NCBI GenBank assembly: GCA_951406725.2
Contig: OX597815.1
Location: 210,676,001 to 210,740,000 of the forward strand
Reading direction: 5' to 3'
Source of the DNA: Octopus vulgaris
Lineage: Eukaryota
Length of the DNA: 64,000 nt
The first letter of the stretch is position 1; each line of letters begins with the position of its first letter. Under the pieces are notes generated by a model. It saw only the letters and a list, made by a program, of their open reading frames with translations. It did no database searches and had not been told where the DNA came from. Shown piece by piece: positions 15,542-28,405 of this stretch. A program made the position numbers and the translations under genes.

Positions 15542-15669
15542 GTTTTGTGATATTTTTGTGATGTTTTTGCAGCTTTAATAATAAAGTATATTACTCTACC
15601 TCCGGTATTCGAGAACTATTCTTTCCCTCGTTGTTTAATATTTATGTGCTTATTCGGCTATGTACGTAT

Positions 15670-16575
15670 ATCTTACCTTCAAAACGCGGAGTAAATGAAA
15701 CAGGGACAACTGATGCATTCCTTGTTTCTCTGTTTTTTCGTCGTTCGAAAAAGTTCGTTTTCTATGTTTTTGTTTTTATGTTTTCGTTTCTCATTGTGTT
15801 CAACGATTTTTTGATGTCCTGTCCCCATATATTCATGTATATATACATATATATGTAGGTATGTACATATATGTATGTATGCATATGTTTATATATTAAT
15901 TATATTATTATATGAGCGAATGCCTCGCATCTTTTTCCAAGTAAGTTTTATCTTAATAACTACGATGCGCACGCTTCTATCTCTACCATCTCTTCTTTTT
16001 CTATCTCTCTCCCTCCCTTGTTCTTCATCCTTTCTGGTTTTCTCTCTCAACCTTCCCTATTCTTCTCTCCTCTTCACCGTTCCAGCTTTCTCACTCTTCC
16101 TCCTTGACTCTCTCGTCGCTGACACGTGACGAAAGGGGAGCTATCTTTCTGTACATTTCCTTCCTAAAGACAACACGTGCTTATACCTTTCTCCACTCAT
16201 AGCTCGTCCTCCAAGCGTTCATAATAATTTTTCTATCGTCTTGACTTAACAGCTCTCACCGTTTGTTTTTACTGTCTTCTTCTCACTGTCCTGTTCTTGT
16301 TACCACTTTCACCCTCCGCAAAAAATCCCAGATTTTATTTGATTTTGGTTTGCGTGAAGGGCTCTTTCAACTAAGTCGTGTATTGTCCTTACCTTCGCGA
16401 CGCGGAGTAGATGAAACAGGGACAACTGATGAAGGGGAATATTCTTTATGATGCATGCCTTGTTTCTCTGTTTGTAGTTTTCGTTGTTAGAAAAATATAG
16501 TTCGTTTTCTGTTTTTGTTTTTATGTTTTCATTTCTCATTGTGTTCAATGTTGCATTGATGTCCTGTACCCATAT
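15670..16575 (+). mobile_element. PLE-like 3' remnant with tandem partial terminal repeat
   Basis: 15672-15830 duplicates 16389-16575; pyrimidine-rich UTR-like body; TA flanks. Confidence 0.5.
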
Positions 16576-16608
16576 ATACATATATATACATATATATATG
16601 TATGTATG

Positions 16609-16666
<58 letters not shown>

Positions 16667-17623
16667 TTTATATATTATTCATATTATATATATAGAGATA
16701 GAGAGAGTGAGAGAGAAAGAGAGAGAGACATGTGTGTGTATGTATGTGCGATTGGAAATTAGAATTTTTACATGAATATTTATAAAAATAATTTATTCAA
16801 TAATTGTAAATGAAAGCTTAAGTCTGTAAAGAATATTCGGTATGATATTAATCTTATTAATAAATTTTCAGTTCTACGATTTCTTTTTAATATCTAGTTC
16901 CTAAATATCGTTAATTACTTAGTTCATATTTCTCTGAATTATTCTGATCAAAAATGTCTGAAATTTATTTATCATTACATACTACATATTATCCCCATCT
17001 TTATACATTTTCTGAAATGTTATATTGTCGAAAAGCTTAAGTGCCCTTTGCAAAAGGTCTTTCTTTTCTGGAACATATATTTCAGAAACAGAATACCACA
17101 GTATATTGTATTGCATGTAGGTTCTTACTTTGCTAAATAAAATTCATGTAAGAATCATTTGTAGGTTGTTGTTTTTACCTTTATTTACCATCCAAAGTGA
17201 AAGCACGTTAATCAATTCTAATTATTGTAGTCAAATATCTTGTCAAAGGTAACGCTTTTAAATAATATAGTTCTCGAGGAAAAAGAGAAACAAATGGTTA
17301 ATTACACCACCCAGATGTTTACCAAATTATGAGAATTATAACAAAATAATTCGTGTGAAAAGTATTTCATGGAATTTACCATATTAAAGGAGAAATTTAT
17401 GAAACTGTGAATGATTAACTAAGTAATATTATTACACAAACTGATTGTTAGACAAGGATTTCAATTTGCGATAAAACATTTACAAATAGAATAATCAGCC
17501 TTTTATAAATGCTGTGAAATATTTCTAAAATATAAATCATAATTCAAATTGAAAAAGAGAACAGCTTTATAACATTAAAATGGGTTAGGAATCATTCATG
17601 ATGAACTTAAGTTTGGCAACAAA

Positions 17624-18245
17624 ATGTTAATATAAATTTTTTCGATCTATATTGGGTTCTTTGCCATCAAATTTGAATTCTTTGCCATCAAATTTGAATT
17701 CTTTGCAATCAAATTTGAATTCTTTGCAATCAAATTTGAATTTTTCAATTGGTGCCCAAGCCTTGAAAAAATAAGAGAGTTAAACTACATCAGCCGTAAG
17801 GGAATGCATGTCTGTTATCTAACTCATCCAGTAGAGCCCACCAATTGATATCTGAAAAGTTCGAAGAAATAACTGATGAATACTGCGATAGCTTCTACCA
17901 AAAGATGGTTCGTTGTGCCGACCAGTCTGAACAAGGGGAGATAATAGAAAAAGAATCATTCGTTTATTATCTCCCCTTCTTCAGACCGGTCGACGTAATG
18001 GAGCATCTTTTGGTAGAAGCTATCGCAGTGTTCATGAGTTATTTCATCGAACCTTTTAGATATCAATTGGTGGACTCTACTGGACTATTTAGATAAGATA
18101 GGCATGTATTCCCTTACGGCTGATGTAGTTTAACTCTCTTTTTTTCAAGGCTTGAGCACCAATTGAAAAATTTAAATTTGATTGCAAAGAATTCAAATTT
18201 GGTGGCAAAGAATCCAAACTAGATCGAAAACATCTATAATAACAT
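17624..18245. repeat. ~620-bp foldback palindrome with 21-bp subrepeats
   Basis: Arms complementary around a loop at ~17947-17963; ttctttgcMatcaaatttgaa x4 on left, x2 on right. Confidence 0.9.
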
Positions 18246-18857
18246 GTTTTTTTTAAAATTTTTTTAGAAAATACTAGAAATAGCTGTACCTATCGAATAT
18301 CTAATAAGTAAAGTTTTTGCGTTCCTTTTGTTGTCAGGTTCCAACATACAGTGTCAGGTTGCTAAATAGAGTGTTGATTGCAAAAATGTATATTATAAAA
18401 TTTTTAGTGGTGTGTTTAATACTAAATATGATCTCCATATTTTTTTTAAATCTCAGAACATGGGGAAGGTTGTTATTTCTAAAGACTGGGTAGCATAATC
18501 AGTTTTCTTTAAATGTGAAACACTGCCCCTTTGTTATCTTCACCATTTGTAACAATTGAGAAATAGAGAAAAAAAAAACTAAAAAAAAACTAAACATCAA
18601 ATTAGAAGTGTATGTGTCTAAATGTAAGAAACAGAATTATTGATGTTAAAAAGAGACGTAGAAAGGGTCATTATTTTCCGACCTGGTACATTTCCTACGT
18701 AAAAGAAAGCAACACCTTTAAAAATGTAACAATAAAATAAACAGTTAGAAGTGTTTAATCCTGATGACTTTTTCAATGTACATTTCATTTACTTTTATTG
18801 AAAGGTTACCCCAAGTAAAGGGCCACTTATATGTTTGGCTTTTCAAATCCAATTGTT

Positions 18858-18935
18858 TAGACGGATGAGGCTAAGTTAGATTTTTTGAGGCACTTACTTA
18901 TGATTATTTCAATTACTGCTTCGAAACTGTATCTG
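18858..18935 (+). ncRNA. Degenerate hammerhead motif
   Basis: taga-CGGATGA-ggc..gcttc-GAAA-c-t-GTA-tctg; U4>G. Confidence 0.35.
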
Positions 18936-19127
18936 TAATAAGTTCGCACAGTCTCAGTACTTGGATACTATACTACTATATATCGAGGATGTTGTGCTAT
19001 TTTAGGATCCATCATGAAATGATGTTGCGTGAGACATTGGTCACTAAAGTGACCATTCTTCCGCTTCATTTTAGTTTTCATCACCTTGAAAACATGTAAA
19101 ATATAGTGTCAAAACCGATAAAGACAT

Positions 19128-19385
19128 TCTATTCTTTTACTTGTTTCGTTCATTTGACTGCGGCCATGCTGGAGCACAGACTTGAAGGTATTTTTTTAGT
19201 CGAACAAATCAACTCCAGGAATTATATTTTAAGCCTAGTACTTATTCTATCCGTCTCCTTTGCCGAACCGCCACGCTACGGGGACGTAAACACACCAACA
19301 CTGGTTGTTAAGTGGTAACAGGGGTACACACACAGACAAACACACACACACACACGCACACATACACACACACACACACACACAT

Positions 19386-19443
<58 letters not shown>

Positions 19444-19615
19444 ACGACGGGCTTCTGTCATTGTCCGTTTACCAAATCCACTCACAAGGCTTTGGTTATC
19501 CCGAGGCTATAGTAGAAGATATTTGCCCAAAGTGCCACCCAAGATGCCACACAGTGGGACTGAACTCAGAACCATGTGGTTGGGAGGCAAGCTTCTTACC
19601 ACAGAGCCACGCCTG
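19128..19615 (-). mobile_element. SINE family B
   Basis: Full reverse-complement copy. Confidence 0.85.
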
Positions 19616-19824
19616 TTAAATATTCGCTAATAATTAGAGAATAAATAACGCAACAGAATCCTATTATAGATATCTACTATAATTTACTGACATCATTCGC
19701 CAAGAAAATTACATTAGTTTGCTAGACATCAGACTTTTTTCATTATATATATATAGCAACTTCAACCAGATATGCACCACTTACCCGTGTTTTTCTTTAA
19801 ACTACGTAACAATTATTATTTTAC

Positions 19825-20185
19825 CAACCAGATGGTTTCGGGTTCAATCCTACTGTGTGGCAACTCTGGCAAGTGTCTTCTACTATAGCCTCGGACCGAC
19901 CAAAGCATTGTGAGTGGATTTGGTAGACGGAAACTGAAAGAAGCTCATCTTATATATGTATATATATATGTATGTGCGTGCATATGTTTGTGTGTCTGTG
20001 TTTGTCCCACCAACATCACATGACAACCGATGTTGGTGTGTTTATATCCCCGTAACTTAGCGATAGAATAAGTACTAGGCTTACAAAAAATAAGTCCTGG
20101 GGTAGATTCGCTCGACTAAAGGTGGTGCGCCAGCATGGCCGCGGTCAAATGACTGAAACAAGTAAAAGAGTAAGAGAGTAAAGAG
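19825..20185 (+). mobile_element. SINE family B
   Basis: CORE-like ggcaagtgtcttctac plus tail. Confidence 0.85.
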
Positions 20186-20227
20186 ATAGTATAAACGTCA
20201 ATGCCAGTCAGATCAATAGAAATTTTG

Positions 20228-20670
20228 GATCTTTTCGGTTTGAACGGCAGTTTTTAACATAATTTCTAGGTAACTAAAAAATTTTAAACTTCGTACACTG
20301 GTAGAATGTGTTTATAAAACATCTTTTTCTCTTGGCTTTATTGAGAAAATTCTATAGTTTGTAAGATGGCTGTTGTTTTTTTCTTAAGTTTCTGCAATTT
20401 CAACCAATCAGTGACGTCTATTGAGGTAAACAACATTCTGTGCCGTATGAATATGTCCCTCGTTTAAGAAACAGATTGGGTTTATTTACATTTGTGAAGA
20501 AAAAAGATACCCTTCTCCCCACAACTAACCCTAACCCTAACTAATCCTAACTAACCCTAACTAACCCAACCCTAAAACAGATTGAAATGCAATAGATCAA
20601 TACTAGGAGTATAATTATGGGTGACAATTTCAGATAACACAGCTAGAAAATACCGCCGTTCAAACCGAAA
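20228..20670. mobile_element. MITE with internal telomere-like (TAACCC)n tract
   Basis: TIR ttttcggtttgaacggcagtttt / aaaataccgccgttcaaaccgaaa; CTAACC repeats ~20524-20575. Confidence 0.85.
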
Positions 20671-21934
20671 TGTTAGCCTTTTCTGTACCAGCATGGTATA
20701 TAGTGTCTAATATTACTGTACGCTGAAAATCATAGCAGTCATTCAATAACAATACCATTATTTTCGTATGTGAATGCTAGTAGCACAAAAATACTTCCAC
20801 CTGCTAAATAATAGTCAGTTGGAAAGTAAAAAAATATATTACTTTTTCTTTTAATTCTGCAACACCTTTACTCTTAATCTAGACATTGATAAAAGAGGTT
20901 TCATTTTATTATTTGAGGCAGTTGGGCCGGCGAACTGCTGGATTCGCCAGAACGTTGGAAAAACTGTCATGCAACATGTAGTCCGATTCAGGCTAACGTT
21001 GCCCTTCATCCTTTCGAAATTGATAAAATAAAGTAATAGTCAAGTGCTGGGGTTGTTAGTACTGATAAACGCTCTACCACAAATCTCACACCTTGTACCT
21101 GTATCGGAAATAAGAATTTATTTGAAATCTGAAGACAAATTCTAGAAATTCGAGCTCATAAAACTGTTAGATACAGACTAGAATGTTTATAAAACACTTC
21201 TCCATTCTTATCAGACTGTTATTGATTTTTAAAACTATGCTTCTCTGATCACACGCCATTTCACACACAACACTCATTCAGCCACTTATGTCAGCTACCT
21301 CTGTCACTAATGGCATTTCAGCTATGTTATCGACCCTATTGATCGATAGATAAACACACCGGTGATAGCATTATTTACTCAAAGAATATCATTTTAAGAC
21401 ATTTGCTAATATCATACGGCATTAAGCACTAATGTGAACTTTAACAGTGACAAGAGAAAAAATAACGGCAAAAGTCATTTAAAATCAATTGGACATGAAG
21501 AGTTAAGATGTAATCCAATACAATACAAATAAATGAAAATTATTTCAGCGATGATATCATTTATGACATTCAGAATTTATTTAAAAAAAAAAAACATCAG
21601 ATAATCTTTGGAAAATTGAGGAAACTTCTCAAACTACTGCAGTAAACATGTAAATACAAACATTACAAAGCAACTTTTCGCAAATTGTTTCAGTGTAAAT
21701 ATTATGCATTTGATTCTGTAAGTTTTATCCTTTTTTTATGTGTTGTTTTATGTGTTGTTGCCTCTTTCATAAACAAGATAAGATTCGTGTACACACGTCG
21801 ATGATAATCAAATTGCATGTAACGATAATCACGACAATTATAAGAAAGAAGCACACCTTAAGCGTCTCTGTAATATTATTGTTAATAACAACAAAGACAA
21901 ATAATTTCAGGCATTGTAATATTGAACATACACG

Positions 21935-22656
21935 ACAGGATAACCCCCAAAAATGTTAGGTTCGCCATGAAGCTGCTTCAATTTTTTCCTTTGTTCATGC
22001 GTAGTTCGACGCAAACTTTCGACGTCGCAGGTAGTATTTTATGCGGAATATAATGCAGAAAATGAAGAACCACAATGAATATTCTCGATACATGCTTTTT
22101 TCTTTTAATAAAAAAAAAGGTAAGAAAGCAGCTGAAACCTGCACGAAGATCTGAGGGGATGTGTCTGTGCTGGAAGTAGTTTTCCAGATTTCGATCGAAA
22201 ATTTCTTTCGATTCAAGATGTATATTGCTCTGGCCGGCCTAATTATATTAACAACTACAAAATGATGGACCCCATTTTACGAACAGAATATTCGAAGATA
22301 TTCTCCAGATGTGCAAAATGAGTGAAGTCCCCTTACATTAAATTGGCTATGTCAGTGGGCTCGACCTTTGGGTCCCACATAAACTGAATTATCATTTATT
22401 CCGCAGTCTTCAAAAGAATTTGAACGGAAAAATATGAATTCTGCAGACGAGGTCAGAACAGAACTGGAGGAGTATTTTTCATCATGGACAAGGGAATTTT
22501 GGAAGAGGGACCTCGCAAATCTACTAGCTAGATGGAAGAGCATTGCAGAGAATGAAAGAGAGTATATTTTAAATTAAAAACGAACTTTGTTTATCTTGAT
22601 TTTTAAAAGTTAAAGACGTATTAAAAAAAACGCATTATCTATGGGATGACCCTGTA
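21935..22656 (+). mobile_element. Degenerate mariner transposon (internally deleted)
   Basis: HTH remnant 'KGKKAAETCTKI..FSRFRS..SGRP'; C-terminus 'DEVRTELEEYFSS..FWKR.LANLLARW'; right TIR ..gggatgaccctgTA. Confidence 0.8.
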
Positions 22657-23784
22657 CTTTTCAGACAAGTCCAGTAACTATAGACACATACGTGTCCATT
22701 GCCATATTCAGGTGATGTACAGAACTTTATCATTCATTTCTACATTTCTACAATTGTTTCTTAGAAAATTTAAATTAACAAAATACAGAATTACTTTGGC
22801 ATGTATCCTTGTACTTCTGTCTATAGAGCCGATCGGGTCCTACTCATAAATTTTAATTAGATGCGCACCCAGTAGGTAATTTACAACTAATGAATCCCGC
22901 ATATATATACCCATAAAAAGCACACGCAAACGCAAACATGCATAAACTAGTACCTAACAGGAGTCTTTTATATTTGCTTGGAAATGGAACCCGAGTATTA
23001 ACACAATATCTATTTACATATCATAAACAGCTGGCCCTGAATGTAGTTTTATATACATTTCTAATATTTTTTTTATATACATAGTACATTCAAAATGTTG
23101 TCTCCAAATACAATGTTATGCTAACAGCTCACGTACGCAATTTGCCTTTTATTTTTTAATATGCATGTGTTGCTTTATGTAGGGTATAAAGACAAAGCGT
23201 CAAACACGATTACAAGTAAATAAAATTTAAACTGAAAAATGGTTAGCAGTTTATTTTTTAAAGCAATGTACATGTAACGACACTAGTCATGTTAAACTCA
23301 TACGAAGATTTAGAATTCAGATCTCACGTAAAAATAACGACCACAAACAAAGCAAAACATAATCACTGCGTACATGCCGGAAAATATGTGAACTCTAGCC
23401 ATTAAAACTACATCAGGTGCGAAAAACTTGTGGAATTTTCCATTTTTAACGCATCATGTATCATTTTGACCTATTCAAAAGCCTTCCAAATTTTGGAATT
23501 TCGGATAAATGTTTATTAATTTGTAATTAATTGAGCATAGCTAAAATATTGGGGTTGTCATCCCTGCTAACGATACATTCTCCTCACGACCGATATAAGT
23601 TTCATAGATTATAATTCATTGATTAATAACCCTAAATATGTCAGCACTTTCCATATTCATATTACTGATTCAATACATTCCAGTATTTTATTGGTAATTT
23701 TTGTATCGAATCAAGAGAAATAGCCGAAAATGTCGATTTGAACATTATTAGGCCGTAAAGTAACATTACTAATAAATGGCTTCA

Positions 23785-23990
23785 AATTTTGGCACAAGTT
23801 GAGCAGGTTATGAGGGAGGGAGTTAGTCAATGACATCAACCCCAGTACTTGACTGGTACTTTATTTTATTGTTCCCGAAAGGATAACAGGCAAAGTCGAT
23901 CTCATGGCATATATGAATTCAGACTGTAAGGAAACCGAAAAATGCTGCTAAGCATTTTGACTGACGCGCTAAAGATTCTGCTAGCTCACT
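23785..23990 (-). mobile_element. SINE family A
   Basis: Reverse-complement core and head. Confidence 0.75.
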
Positions 23991-24699
23991 GCATTATTTA
24001 AATAATCTACTATCCCCCTCTCCAAAATCTCAGGTAAAATCGACCTCGGTGCAATTTGAACTCAAAACATAAAGATGGACTAAATGCTGTCACGCATTTG
24101 GTCCAGCGCGTTGATGCCTTAAAATGTCTAAATAACACAACCCGTTGTTTTTTCTAGACGTCAGCCGGTTATACCCAACCTCTGTTTTGTGATACATTGG
24201 CTTGCGTTAGAACGGCTTGTGTAAATTTCAATCTAAATAGTAGTGGCCACAAACATGAGATTAAAGTATTGCTATGCTAGTCAACCATTGTTGATATGAT
24301 TCATTTTATTCTTGTTGGCTTTCTTCGAAAATGTTGGATTGGAAAACAGGAAACTATATCTCTGATCTCAAAAGAAGTGATTCAGTCTTTGAGACAATGA
24401 ATAAATTTTATGAAGTTTCTCTTCTAAATATAATAAATAATTTTCTCTCTTTAAGAAGAATGACATTATCTAAGTAATTGAATGCCACTTGAATATGAAT
24501 AGTTTGAAATATTCTGTTCAGCCTTTTTTCTAATGTACCTTACTCTATTGATCTTAATTTAATTCTATATTTAGGCCACATACTAACTTGATTTATAAAT
24601 CTCCTCATCTTTAAAGCCTACCTATTTTAACCTCATAAAAAGAAAGATAACAACAGGCAGGACAACAGAAGTAGCAATGATGTGGAAAATATAGACATA

Positions 24700-25245
24700 A
24701 ATCTAGTAATCTGATGTGAAAAAATAAGATTTACAAAGTATATTGAATATTCCATGAAAGCCTAATTTCACCCCTATAAACTACATGAAATCTCGTTATG
24801 AAATTAATCAAAATATTTATCGACTATAATAAACTTAACTTCAGTGAAATACAATTCAAATTCATGGGGAATAGCCTATGAACAAAACAAATTTATACGA
24901 AGATAGGATATGAAAAACCTGCCCTGAATTCTGCTCATTCTTTCCTTGTACATACAAATTCATGCAACTAAGTTAAACAGCTCGTGAACATGTTGGACAT
25001 GAACAATCCATTTGAATAACTCATTTGCCTAACTAGATAGAGAGCAAACTAATGGGAGAAGTTCTGGGCGGTGACAGCTATTAGACTGGCAGTGTCATTT
25101 AAATGACATTATGATGACCTTCAAAAATGGAACAGGTATTGTGATTTCAATTCTGAGATATGAAAAGTGGACTGATGATGGAGAAAGGTTGTTTTGATCA
25201 TGGCTGTGCATCACTAAGGTTGACCTGAATTAAACAACAACAATA
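24700..25245 (+). mobile_element. Highly degenerate RTE-like LINE 3' end
   Basis: Remnants 'LNIP*K', 'HVG', 'YDDLQKWN'; short (CAA)n tail. Confidence 0.4.
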
Positions 25246-26482
25246 AAGAATAAGATTTTTGATAGCAATCGCTGATATGAAACCCTAATATAATGACAAA
25301 CGGCCGAATAATTTTTGTGCTGCTTAGCTCCGGGCTGGGAGACACAAAGAGAATTAAAACTGTGGTAGAACACCAAACTTGAATGAGATAGAAAATTGAA
25401 TTGCTATACTAAATTTGAAATTACATGTAATATCTCGAACCACATTGATTATCCAGTAGCAACTAATGAAGAACATGTTATTTTCATTCCGTTGTTTTTT
25501 ATAGGAATGCATATACTTAGAGAGATGAAGTTTATAAATTATTGGGTAAGATTTTATATAAATGATAATTTAAATATCCAAAAACGAGCTAATGGGTGTC
25601 AAACTAGATATCTATGCTTTCTGGGTGACAAAGTTATTGATTAATCTTCAATCAATTTTCATACTTTTTTATCGAATCCAATATATAAGCGTGTTTCTGC
25701 TTTCTTCTTGCTTTTTTCATGTTACTGTTCCTCTGATGTCTCGGTATCTATCAGTATGGCTCTTGCAACACAGATATTTTTCAACTACAGAGCAATAACA
25801 GGACACGTTCCATCTACTATTATATCAAATATAATGTGGTATGACACCAAGATTTAATGTTTACTGGAAATAAACTCATGAATAAAAAGAATATTTGAAT
25901 AAATGGTTAAGATATCTATATATGCCATATACAGCATTACTAGGCGCATCCTATACTTTTAATGCTAAGTGACTGTTGAATAATCTATGTAGGTTGCTTA
26001 GTTGGAATTCCAGCAGTAGATTAATCTGGTAACTTGATGGAACGGGTCTGTGGTAGACGTGATTCTAAAGACAAGAGACATTTTCCTGGTCAGGAAACCT
26101 CACATCAATATTTTCACGATATAAGGGCAGGGGTGGATATGAAGATGGAAATGGTACGTCAGTAAATTTGTTGTAAGCTGGATGAGATTTTCGAATAAGG
26201 CTAAAATGAATGAACTGCTTTCAGCATAGGCCAGGAAATGGCAATTATAAGGCAACAGATGCTCTTGAAAGCCGGGTAAATTTATATTTTCATTCTCATT
26301 TTTTCTTTCATATACTATACGATTCCTTCTGAAAGCTCTTCCTGTAATATCTCCTCAATGTCCCCGAAAGGATGGAAGGCAAAGTCGACTTGGGCGGAAT
26401 GTCAACTCAGAACGTAGCGACAGACAAAATTACCCTAAGCATTTCGCCCAGCGTGCAAACGATTCTGCCAGCTCACCACCTT

Positions 26483-26495
26483 AACAATAATAACA

Positions 26496-26562
<67 letters not shown>

Positions 26563-26564
26563 TA

Positions 26565-26620
<56 letters not shown>

Positions 26621-26659
26621 TATATTATATTATTATTATTAATATTATTATTATCATCA

Positions 26660-26723
<64 letters not shown>

Positions 26724-26728
26724 CATCA

Positions 26729-26781
<53 letters not shown>

Positions 26782-26790
26782 GTTATTATT
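26483..26790. repeat. (TAA)n/(TTA)n array with strand switch
   Basis: Direct reading. Confidence 0.95.
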
Positions 26791-27295
26791 CTGAGAGAGC
26801 AGTGCATATTGGGAGAAAATATAGAGTGACACTGGGGTAAAATATACGTAGCCCAGTATACCCATCATGACTATCCGTCTGATAAGTATACCCCAGGCAC
26901 ATGCATCACAACCATATGTTCGTGACATGGTGATCTCATATCGATAAACAATGCAGGATCTTGCAGGTGGGGCCCAGTTAGAATTTTCTTCAGGTCGAGT
27001 AGCCCATCCATTCAAAAGGTCCCCGAATAAGGCTTGTTTAAGGATGTTGAAGGAAACAGCTATGTTTTCAAAGGTGAATTATTATCCAAACGCCAAAGAA
27101 TTCCTTTCAAAATATGGTTATGATGCTCCCCCACTACTTGCAAATGTCAGTACCAGAGGTTTGCTAGTCAAACAAGTGATTATCAAATCTCTGGTACTGA
27201 GCAGAATATTTGCTGCAGTCCATCTTTTACACCAAGACAAAGCAATGTACATGATAACACATCCAATCAGTTAAGATCTGAAGTCATGAGAGCTG
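26790..27295 (-). mobile_element. Non-coding interspersed repeat at a TAA array (putative Dong-dependent non-autonomous element)
   Basis: Shares both end regions with the copy at 27874-28120; abuts long (TAA)n. Confidence 0.55.
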
Positions 27296-27299
27296 TCAT

Positions 27300-27612
27300 T
27301 TGTGATTTCAATTTGAAGATCTTTATAAGGAGAAAGCTTTTCGTATTACTTTCTTGAGACATTTTGATCTTGTGGGACAGACATATCTATTAACAGACAA
27401 GTTCCTTTGTTGTCGTCCTTAATCACAATGTCTGGTCGATTGGAGTCAATTTTTCTGTCTGTTTGTATTGGGAAGTTCCAAAGGATGGTGACGCCCTCGC
27501 CATTTACAACATCTTCTGGATGGTGTCTGTACCACTTATCATAGGATTTAATTTTGTAGTAATTGCAAACCTGCCAGTGGATTTACAGCCCTAGTCTGTC
27601 ATGTCTTATGAC
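27300..27612 (-). mobile_element. R4/Dong REL fragment
   Basis: Minus frame 'RHDRLG..IHW..WYRHHPE..ILWNFPIQTDRKIDSNRPDIVI..LIDMSVP'. Confidence 0.85.
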
Positions 27613-27873
27613 ATCATTATTAATTTTTAAAAAATTGTTATCATTTTTATTGGCAGGATCATTAACATGCCGGGAGAACTGCATAGGGGTATTTCGCTGT
27701 CTTTACGATCTGGGTTCAAATTCAAATGCGGTTGATTTTGCCTTTCATCCTTTCAGTGTTGGTAAATTAAGCACCAGTGAAGCAGTGGGATCCATGAAAT
27801 CGGATAGTCCCCTCCCCACAAATTTCAGGCTTTGTGCCTTTAGTAGAAAGAATTATCAATTTTTTATTTATTA

Positions 27874-28120
27874 TTGAGTGAGAAAGCAGTTCGTGCTATC
27901 ACTACTCCTGCTCGTGATCAGCGATGCACATATCTTCAGTCACTAAGGGACATGCTCGACTTGTTACGGTCAAGCAACTGACAAGCAAATCTGTGGTATT
28001 GAGCAGAATATTTGGTGTAGCCCATCTTTTATACCAAGACATAACTTGTACATGATAACACTTCCAATAATTTAAGATGCGGACCCATGAGAGCCAGTAC
28101 CTGGTATTGCATCAGGGGCG
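27874..28120 (-). mobile_element. Internally deleted copy of the TAA-associated repeat
   Basis: Same gaga..gcagt end and 'aaatct.tggta.tgagcagaatattt..accaagaca..gataacac' segment; TTA flanks. Confidence 0.55.
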
Positions 28121-28371
28121 TTATTATCATCATTATTATTACTAAGGCGGAGAGCTTGCAGAATCGTTAGCCCACCGCAATAGATTAAGTCCAAACATCA
28201 CTGACGTCGACTGTGTCTTTCATCCTTTTGGGGTCGATAAATTTAGTACCAGTGAAATACTCGGGTCGATGTAATCGACTAGTCCTGTGTCTTGTGCCTT
28301 TAGTAGAAAGAATTATCATCATCATCATCATCATTTTCACCACCACTACCATCATCATCATCATTATTATG

Positions 28372-28404
<33 letters not shown>

Positions 28405-28405
<1 letters not shown>

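Noticed and set aside
17657-17740. CRISPR-like 21-bp repeats
   Set aside because: Tandem without spacers; eukaryotic context; part of the palindrome arm.
20524-20575. Telomere or chromosome fusion site
   Set aside because: Short tract internal to a MITE present twice.
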